From positions 228,041 through 292,040 of the forward strand of contig NW_005201338.1 in NCBI RefSeq assembly GCF_000372725.1: DNA of 64,000 bases, read 5' to 3'. Source of the stretch: Emiliania huxleyi CCMP1516. Lineage: Eukaryota. Below, piece after piece: positions 54,906 to 64,000 of this stretch (position 1 is the first letter of the stretch; the number at the start of each line of letters is the position of its first letter). Under the pieces are notes generated by a model, which worked only from the letters and a program-made list of their open reading frames with translations, made no database searches and was not told the origin of the DNA. The position numbers and the translations under genes were made by a program.

Positions 54906-57900
54906 TCATGGCGGCGCCGGCGGCAGGAAGTGGACGCCCGGGGGAAGCTGGACGTTGAGCGAGAGGCCGGGGGTGAGGACAGTGCCACTGGGCACAGGGA
55001 TTGTCATTAGCCCAGATGTTGTGCTGATCTTAAGGCTCTGCCCCTGTACGAAGTTGGAAGGAACCATGATTCTGATCGGCGGCTGCTGCATCTTCTCTGG
55101 TGCCTGCTGCATCTGCTGACGCATCTGCTGCTGCATCTGCTGCTGTGCCTGCTGCTGTGCCTGCTGCTGTGCCTGCTGCTGTGCCTGCTGCATCTGCTGC
55201 TGTGCCTGCTGCTGTGCCTGCTGCTGTGCCTGCTGCTGTGCCTGCTGCATCTGCTGCTGCAGCTCGCGCACGACCTCCTCGGGCATCGCGTCGTGGCGCG
55301 TATGTGTCTCGACGTCGACCCACGCGTCGCCACCCGCGCTCGTGCGGTACTGCTGCCACTTGCCGACGCGGCGCACCGCGGCTGCGCCGGTCTGCTCCTC
55401 CCACTCCGCAAGCGCGGCCTCCGCAGGGGAGAGCTTCTCCTCCGCGCACTCCTCCATGAGCGGCTCGTGCAGGTGGCGCTCTCGCACCCAGAAGGCGGGC
55501 TGCGTCGCGTCGAGCGGCGTGCCCGTGCCCATGCCGAGTAGCTCGGCGAGGATGGACTTCGGGTCGAGCTCCTCGCCGCCGCCGCCGCCGCCGCCAGCGC
55601 CGACAGCGCCGCCCTCGCCATCATCCTCGGCGCCACTCTCGCCGCCGCCGTCGTCGCCAAAGTCGAGGAGGTCGGCCAACTCTGCGGTATCGAAGTGCCG
55701 CCCCGTCGCGGCGTCGTCGACGACCGTCCGCCCGAGCCCGAGCTTGCTCACCTGCCGCTTGTAGATCTTCGCCTCCATCGTCTGCGCGGCGATGAGTCGA
55801 TACACGTGCACAGCACGCGTCTGCCCGTACCGGAACGCGCGGCACACAGCCTGCGTGGGCGGCGCAGAAGGCGAAACTCAAGGGGTGCAAGAGAGCTGCC
55901 GCAACCTCAGGGCTGCAGACCTGCGCGTCCACCGCCGGGTTGAACGACACGTCCATCAGCACGACGTGGTTCGCGCCGACCAAATTCACGCCGAGAGCGC
56001 CCGCACCGGTGGAGAGCAGGAAGCACTTTGCCCTCGCCTGCCGGTCGCCGTTGAAGGCCGCGATCGCCTGCGCACGCGCGCGCAAGTTGCAGGAGCCTTT
56101 GATGACGAAGTACTCGCGGTCGCGCCGCCAGCCGAGCCGTGAGCGGAGCGAGCCCTCCACGAAATCGAGCGTGCCGAGCGAGGATGAGAAGACGAGCGAA
56201 CGTTCGCCGCGCGCGGCCGCGCGCTCGACGATGCCGAGCGCTAGCACCATCTTGCCCGAGAGCGCGAGCGCAGACGCATCGTCGTGCTCGGCCTCGACCA
56301 TCCGCAGCAGCGGGGCGACCGCGTCGTCGGCCTGTCCGTCGCGCACGAGCGCCGACTCATCGACGACCTCGTCCGTCGCGAGTCGCGTCGCCGTGCCCGA
56401 GCTGTCGACGCCACCCGTCTCGACGTTGGCCGCGGCGCCGGCCTCCTCGGGGCTCTCCACGCTGCCCTCGCCCGCGCCGTCCAGCGCCGCGTCTCCATCC
56501 TCGTCGCTCAAGCAGATCACCTCGGGCGGCGGCGCCGCGGTGGAGGCCGCCGCGGGCGCGCGTGCCGCAGGCGCCGATGCGCGGCTCATCGGCTTGGACT
56601 TGGGCGGGCGGCCGCGCTTGCGAGGCGCGCCGTCAGCCTTGCGCGCAGCCTCCGCCTCGGCCTCTGCGACGGCGATGGGCAGCACGCTCGGGTGCGCCCA
56701 GACGCGCCTGCCGATCTGAAAGACCTTGAAGAGCCCGCCCGCGCCGCCGCTCGCGTCGGTGTCGCGTGCGCTCTGGAGCCACTGCAGCAGCCTCCGGTAC
56801 ATCCTGCGCTGCAGGTCGCCGAGGCGCACGTGGATCACAGCCTCGCGCTTGGGCGGGAGCGACGCCTGCAGCAGGGACGCGTCGCGCCGGTGCACGAAGC
56901 CGGCGAGCTTCTTGTGCAGCACGTGCGCACGCCGCCGCCCGAGGCGCACGTCGCCCTTGGTCGCGTCTCGCGCGCGCCCCTGCGCGATCGGGTTCGCGTA
57001 CTGGTTTGCAAACTCGGCGGGCGTGCCGAGGAAGTCGGGGCGCACGAAGTCGACCATCGCGTAGTACTCGAGGAGCGAGTTCTGCATCGGCGTGCCGGTA
57101 AGCGCGATCCGCCGCCGCGTCGCCATCGCTTTGAGCACCTTCGTCGCGCCCGCGTTCGCGTTCTTGAGCACGTGCGCCTCGTCGCACACGACAAGGTCGG
57201 GCCCGGGGCTGAGCAGGTCGCGCAATAGCTGCGCCTTCGCACAGCAGCCCGCCGCCTGGCCGCCGGCCGCGCCGGCCGCAGCCGCGGCCGCGGCCGCGAC
57301 GTCGCCGCCACCGCCCGCCCACTTGACCGCCGCGCGAAGCTGCTCGTACCCCACGAGCAGCACGTCGTGCGCGCCGCGCGCCCACGCACGCACGAGCTGC
57401 GCGCGGTCCTTCGCCGAGGCCGCGTGCTTCCCGTCGAGCGAAGCGACGCGCAGCCGATCGCCCCACGCGGGCGTCCATTTGCGTAGCTCCGTCTCCCAAT
57501 TCGGGAGCACCGTCACCGGCACGACGAGCAACGCGCGCCAACGCCCATCCGCGCGCGCTGACGCACCGCCCGCCGACGCGGCCGTGCGCACCTGCCCGGC
57601 CGCGCCTCCACCGCCGCCTGCGGAGCTTCCGCCACCGGGCGCGTGCAGGAGCGTGTGGAGCAGCGCGACGACCTGCAGCGACTTGCCGAGCCCCATCGAA
57701 TGCGCGAGCACCGCGCCCAGCCCGCCGTCGCCTGCCGCGAGCGCGCCGAGGCTCGTGACGATGTTGTCAAAGAGGAAACGACACCCCTCGAGCTGATGCG
57801 GCTTGAGGGCGGTAGCGAGCGGCGCTGCGATGCGCAACGGTGCGTCGCCCGCGGCCGCGCCGTGCGGGTTGAGCAGCGTCTCGCCGCCGTCGCCGTCGCC

Positions 57901-59694
57901 CTCGGCCCGGGCCTTCGAGGCGGCCTCGGCGTCGGCCTCAAGGCGCCGGCGGCGCTGCTTCTCGAGCTGCTGTGCGGAGAGCGCCGACGCACCGAGTTCG
58001 GCGTCCGTCAGCACGCGCCGTATCTTGCGCCGCGCGGCGCCGCGCGCGTCCGCGTCCCCCGCGTTGCCATCGCCCGCGTCGTCCGCGTCGTCGGCTGCGC
58101 CGCCCTTGACAGTCGTCCTCGGCGTCGGCGCCTTGGCCCCGCTCGGGGGGGCACGCTTGAAGTATGAGGTGATGCCCGAAGCGCCTGCCGGCTTGGCTCC
58201 GCCCTCCTTCTTCTTTGCAGATGCGCCCTCGCCCGGCGACGCTCGGGGCTTCTCCGACTGCACGTCGATCACGTTGGACACAGTGCCGCCCGCCGTGCCG
58301 CCCGCCGTGGAGGCCGCGTCGGCGCCGACAGCGCCCGCGCTCGCAAGCGGCGCGGCTGCGGCTGCGCGCGCGGCCGCGACGGCCTCCGCCGACGGCCGCG
58401 CCCGCACGCGCGGTGTTGGACGCACACGCTCATCGTCGTCGTCGTCGTCATCGTCGTCGTCGTCGTGCGTGCGGTCGCAACTCTCCCGCGGCGCAGCCGC
58501 ACCATCCCCGGCGACCTCGCGGCGGCGCGCGCGCTTGCGTGCGGCGCGGCACGGCGCGTCGTCGTCCTCTGCGAGGACCGCGCGCACGCGCGCGGCTTGC
58601 GCGTCGGTGAGACCGCGAGCCTCCTCCGCCGCAAGTGCGGCTGCAAGCGCTGCCGCGTTTGCGTCGCCCGCGTCCATCTCCGCGGCCACGTCGGCGATCT
58701 CGTCGATCTCGTGTGCGCCGTCTACCCCGAGCTGCTCGGCGAGCGCGGCGGCCTCCGCAGGCGTCGTCGCCGCGTATGCGCGCCCGCCGTGCGCGGGCGC
58801 GAAACCGTTGGCGCCCGCGTTTGCGCAAGTGCGCTGGCCGCGCACGATCGACGTCGGGTTGGACTCCTCGAGCGCCTTCTCCGCGGAGCGCTTCGCCTTC
58901 CGCGCCGCGACCTTCTCATCCGCTGTCGCGCGGCGCGCCTTGAGAGCTTTGAGCTCCGCGTCATCCTCAGCGCGCGGGCACTCGTCGCCGCCGTCGCCGC
59001 CGTCGACTTCCCCATCGTCAGACTCGTCGTCGGAGTCGTCGCGGAACCGAGGAGCGGCCTTCCACGCGCTAGTCGTCGCGGCCGCTCGCACGCGGCGGTC
59101 GAGCACCTTGTGCACCGCGTGCACGTCGACACCCGCGCGAACGAGCCGCTCGCCGAGCTTCGCGCGGCGCCGCGCACGCGCGTCGAGCGCAGCGTGCTGC
59201 GCGGCGTGCCACGCACGCATCTCCTCCTCGATGTCGGCGTCGGCGGAATAGTGAGCGTCGGCCTCGCGCCCGCAGAGCTCCGCTTTCACCTCGCGCCGCA
59301 GGGCCTCCACGCGCTCGTCCTCGAGTCCCTCGAGGATCTCGTCCTCCTCCGCCACGTTCTGGATGTACGCATCGAGAAGGCGCTGCCGTTCGGCGTCGTC
59401 GTCGCCGCCCTCCTCGCCCTCCTCGTCATCGTCGTCCTCCTCCGATTCAGACTCCAACACCTCGTGCTCCTCCAAGTCCTCCTCGTCGCCCGCGAGGTCG
59501 CCTGCCTCGTAGCGCACGCGGAACAGCGGGGCGGCCTTGCCGTCGCCGTCGACAAAGTCTGACTCTTTGGCGGATAACCAGCCGACGACCACCGCGATGC
59601 TGCTGGCGAGCTCGCCGTCTTGGCCTTCGTGAGAGCGAGCTACGCGAGCGCCGACGAGCGCATGGTCCGTGCGCCACTCGAGCTCCTCCTCCAT
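54906..59694 (-). CDS. ATRX: ATRX/ARIP4-subfamily SNF2 helicase (intron 55851-55920)
   Basis: LKPHQLEG, GAVLAHSMGLGKSLQ, VVCDEAH, LTGTPMQN.L.EYY.MVDFVRP, SGKM, LLSTGAGALGVNL, FNPAVDAQ|AVCRAFRYGQ. Gln-rich tail. Confidence 0.9.
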
Positions 59695-61049
59695 GGTAGG
59701 GCCTCACCAGAGATATGTGCCTCGACGACGTGCCCGCGGGGCAGCAGCGGAGCAGCAACCGCAGGACCAGGAAGGGGGCCCTCTTCCCGCCACACTGGTC
59801 CGGACTTTTCTTTTTATGTAGGTTTCGAAGGTATCGCCCTCCCGTCGGATTTTTCCCACTCTTCCTGCTGGAATTTTCACGGCAGAAAAAGAAATTTTAC
59901 GGGGAAATCACGATGTCAACATGGGCGATCTGGTGCAGGAGAGTACCACCAACCATCACTTAGTTGGTATAGTACCTCACCTTCGCGTCGTTTGATTTCT
60001 TTTTTAGTTTCCCAGTAGGGAGAAGTTCCTCTCCGCTCTTCAGCTGGTCGGCCGCCATTCGGGCCTCCCGGCCTGTGCTGCGGCGGCGCGGCCGGTCGAG
60101 GCCGGGCTCGGCCCGGCCCGCGACGGCTGGCCGCCGACGAGCGCGCTCGCGCTGCTCGTCAAAATGGCGGCGGTGGCGATTGCGGCGACGGTCGTTCAGT
60201 CGTACAGCGCTCAGGCGTCTGTCATCTGTCGTCTGTTGTCGCATTTCGCACACGCGCGCGCCGCGTGACCCGCGTCGCTCCGCGAGGGCATGAGCCTTCC
60301 GCGATTCGATCCCGCAGCCAAAAGCTGTGCTCGCTCGAACCGCGGCCGACTCTACCATCGCGGCCGCAGCTGTTGAGCTCTCCAGAAGACTGGTGCCTCC
60401 ATATGCTGCCTCCCTGCGGATGCTGCCGGCGAGCCTGGCGGTCCGCTGTACTACAAGGAAGTGCTGACTCGATTCTACCTCGAATTCTTCTACCCCCACG
60501 ACTCGGAACGCGAATGTGACAGGACCATCGGGTCCTTCAGCCACCAAAGCGAGATCACCCGAGAGCAGCTGAGCCTGCCTCTGGCCTCGCCTCCCTCTCC
60601 TTCAGGCATTCGTGGCATCCTATGGGTCGTCCAGAGTATCGACCTCTGGCGAGTCAGCCAGTCACTTGATGACACCATGAAGTACAGCGATCGCCATCTC
60701 GCTGGCCTCTCCGCAGGCCCCCCCGACCGCGTCGAACTCATCGGCGCGGGCTCTCTCGGCTACGGGACCGGCCCCAGCTTCGGCTGAGGGCTGACAAGCT
60801 GCCGAGCCCAAATCACTGTGAGAGTCGTGATTTCTTGTTGGTTTTCTAAAATCTCTCTCTCTAAGTAGGGTAGGTAGGTAGGTAGGTAGGGGCAGGGCAG
60901 GGGCCGGCCAGGTTTTTGCAGAATTTCATCATGAGGGCCGCCCAAGCAAGAAGTACACACAACTGACTCTTGAGAATTCTTGGTAGTCGAGAATTTTCTC
61001 GCATCTCTCGGCCACGAGGACGCACGACGAGGACGGCGCTGTCACCGCA

Positions 61050-62171
61050 ATGAGTAGCCTGGGCCGGAGGTTGCTGCCCGCCCCAGAAGGAGAGGCGGAG
61101 ATTGCTTCCAGCACCAAAGCCGAGTCGAGGCTGCGGGTGCTCGGTCTGTCGCTGCTTTTGACCGTGGCGCTGCTACTACTAGCAGCGGGCATCACCCGCG
61201 ACAGCTCTTCATCCCCAGCAGTGCTTGTTGCGGCTACGGGCGTCCGGTGCAAGCCAAACCTAAACCCTCCTCAATTCTGCCCGAACGGCGCTCTTTGCCC
61301 AGCGTCCGGACTCTGCCCCAGCGGGTCTCCATCGGGGTCACCTTCGCCTGTGCAGCCGTCGCCGTCTCCCTCGGCCTCACCCTCGCCCACGTATCCGGAT
61401 CCGTCGCAGAAACCTGTCGCCTCAGCGGGTTCGCCTGCGCTGGTCTGGCAGTCGGACGAGCTGCCGCGAGCCAGCGTCGGCTGCGAGACTATCCAAGAGA
61501 TTGAAAGGCGCGGCGTCATCGACGACTTTATGTCACAACAGCCCAAGATGAGAGACATCCTGTGGAACCGAAGCCTGGACCACCCGACGACGGTCGACAG
61601 GATGGAAAAGTACGCTCAGGCACTGAGCTTCGACATGGATGTCGACACCTACATGGCTAAGCATGGCTACGTCTTCGACTTCGCCACTCTAAAGAGGAAG
61701 CACTGGAAGAAGGGATCGGAGACGCTAAGCTCAAAGACCACGCCGGACTTTGCGGAGCGCGGCGGGCCCAACAACGGATTCATGCGGGTATTCTTCCACG
61801 ACGTGTCGATGAAGCTGCGTGACTTTCACCCGGACTACGGCTGGGACGAGGGTCTGGTCGCCTCACTCTACCGGGGTGGGCGGAACATGACACTAATCCA
61901 CAAGGCCTACGACAAGAAGTGGACTGAGGAGGAGAGCCCTCGCCCCTGGGTGCTCCCGCAGATGCACTACCTCGGCATCTACGCGAACGATATCGCGAGT
62001 GGCACGGACGCTAACTTCGCTGTTGCCATCGGCGAGCCTAAAGTAGCAACCCCCGTGGATTTGGACGCGGTCTGGCGTGGCGATCCGAAGAGTGGCACCA
62101 CCTTCCTCAAGCTGCTCCCTCCCGACGAGGCCGTAAACAAGATGAGAGACAACCACCTCAAAATCAGGTGA
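61050..62171 (+). CDS. Type II membrane/secreted protein of unknown function
   Basis: One TM helix, a small Cys module (CKPNLNPPQFCPNGALCPASGLCP), an SP linker and a ~250-aa globular region with clear coding bias. Confidence 0.75.
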   Translation: MSSLGRRLLPAPEGEAEIASSTKAESRLRVLGLSLLLTVALLLLAAGITRDSSSSPAVLVAATGVRCKPNLNPPQFCPNGALCPASGLCPSGSPSGSPSPVQPSPSPSASPSPTYPDPSQKPVASAGSPALVWQSDELPRASVGCETIQEIERRGVIDDFMSQQPKMRDILWNRSLDHPTTVDRMEKYAQALSFDMDVDTYMAKHGYVFDFATLKRKHWKKGSETLSSKTTPDFAERGGPNNGFMRVFFHDVSMKLRDFHPDYGWDEGLVASLYRGGRNMTLIHKAYDKKWTEEESPRPWVLPQMHYLGIYANDIASGTDANFAVAIGEPKVATPVDLDAVWRGDPKSGTTFLKLLPPDEAVNKMRDNHLKIR

Positions 62172-62675
62172 AGAGCTCTCGGAGCGCTCGAAGGGTCTTT
62201 GGCCCGCCATGTCGCGTTTGTTTTCTCTCCGCTCAAGGGGCTGAGCCTGAGGCCTGAGCCACCGCCGTCCCCTGGCGCGACCCCTCCCCCGGCGGGCTAT
62301 GAAGTGGGGAGGGGGAGCGTGGACTGCATGTTGGTGTTCTTATTTAGTATCATTGTGTAGTAAAAACCAGCGGAGCTCCCGCAGCTCATATACTGGCCAG
62401 AGAGGCACCAGAGCGCCTAGCAGGAGCCGAGCGCCCCACCAGGCTGGCACCACGCTCCGCGGACCCCGCGCGCCGTCCGCCGACTCGGACCACACTCCAC
62501 AGCGCACAGGCCACAGGCGGGGAGACTTCTTCAAGTGTCAAGTCGATCCCTCTCTCGTGTGACTCTCTCACGAAGACATACGGCTTACGGGGGAGGCGGA
62601 GATGGGAGAACGACAGAGACGTTTTGTTGCATGTGCATGTACATGTGCATGTGTGTGCGAAGTCGTATTTTGTAT

Positions 62676-62835
62676 TTACTCGCCGCCCGCGGCCTCGCTG
62701 CGAAATGCATGCAACATCTGCGAGTAGGCGCCGCTTGCCGACGGTCGGGACCGACGCCGTGCGGATCCACCGCGCGCCTCTCTGTCGCTGCGACCACCTC
62801 TCGCCGCCCCCCCGCTGTACCCTCCCCCCGAAGCT

Positions 62836-62868
<33 letters not shown>

Positions 62869-63713
62869 TCGCCGTGCGAGGGCCGGATCGCTTCGGCAAA
62901 GAGGTTGATTGCGGCGCAGCAGTCGTCGAGCTGCTCGCCGTGGGCCTGCGTCGCCTGCTGCACGGGGAGCAGCTGCGCGGCCAGCTCCCGGATGAGCGAG
63001 CGCAGCTCCGTTCGCGACGCCTCGTGCGCCTCGCTCAGTGCCGTCAGCATGAGCTCGTGCCGCTTCGCCGCCCGCTTCAGCTTCTCGTTGCCGCGCAGGA
63101 AGGCGTCGCCGGTGCCAAAGGCGGCGACGCGCGCGGCGAGGCTGTCGAGCTTGAGGGCGAGCTCGTCCACCGCCGACCGCAGGCTGCTTGCCACCTGCTG
63201 CGCCGCCGCCTGCTCCGAGGCGCCGCTGGCGTTGAGCGCGGCATGCCTCTGCGCAAGACCGGCGAGCTCCGCGCGCACGTCGCTGAGCAGCCTCGAGTGC
63301 TCGGCGACGCCCTTCTCCAGCCGCGCCGACGCGTTGGAGAGGCAGCTCTGCTCCGATCGCACGATCGCGAGGTCGCGCCCGGTGCCATCTCGCTGCAGCT
63401 CACCACGCACCGCCTCGAGACCGCTCTCGCACGCCGCCGCGCGCGAACGCAGGGCGACCACCTCGCACGCCACGGCCTGAACCTCGCCAGACAGGGCGCT
63501 CTGCCGGCTCGACGCCGCCGCCGCGTTGTCATCGACGCGCTCGCCGAGCAGCTTGACCTCACCACTCAGCGCGACCACCGCCGTTCGAAGCTCCTCGTTC
63601 TCCGTACGGCTCTCGTAGAGCGCTTGCCAAAGAGCCTCGCTGTCCGCCTCCCACTTCCTGGCCTGCCGCTCGAGGGCGCGCCTGCCGTCGTCCCGCTGGG
63701 CCTTTTGATACAT
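62676..63713 (-). CDS. Coiled-coil hypothetical protein (ends uncertain)
   Basis: Long heptad-like A/E/L/R-rich ORF. Confidence 0.6.
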
Positions 63714-64000
63714 GTGTGTCGGGTGGCTCCGCTGTCTCTCGCCAACGCCAGTTGGGGCGAGGGAGAATTCTACGACGACAAGCCCCTCTCACAGCAGACT
63801 GGCACGAACTAGCACCACAAAAGGCACAGCGAGGGAGAATAGAGAATTTTACAACCGAACTCCGTCGCACAACACTGGGCACGGGACTGGCGAGCACTGG
63901 CACTAACACAGGTACACCGAGAATAGAGAATTTTACAACCGTGGCACGAAGTGACATGGAGACACGTCAAGGGGCACAGTGGTCATAAGTGGAACGACTA

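Overview
This is a GC-rich eukaryotic genomic scaffold with three ~100-N assembly gaps. It has short spliceosomal introns, many with GC donors, and a 186-bp 18S rRNA fragment that I recognise as haptophyte (Emiliania/Gephyrocapsa-like; from memory, needs BLAST). Most long ORFs in the track are GC-rich shadow frames. Supported genes: two tandem Pro-rich single-pass membrane paralogs; MutY; a DRAM/Frag1-like membrane protein; a SAM methyltransferase; a six-exon HAD(MDP-1)-cold-shock-ASCH fusion; a sulfotransferase-like gene in two inverted copies; a multi-TM protein fused to an R-S-E ADP-ribosyltransferase domain lying between two 1.3-kb direct repeats; a GH19 chitinase-like gene; truncated NPL4; an LRR protein; an HPP-family membrane protein; WWE-TDP1; TRM112; an RRM protein; an ATRX-like SNF2 helicase; and a few unknown ORFs. 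Intergenic DNA is dense with non-autonomous TIR elements. Five show 7-8 bp target-site duplications, and one has its empty site visible in the window. There are also short modular dispersed repeats and microsatellites. No CRISPR array or prokaryotic operon is present.
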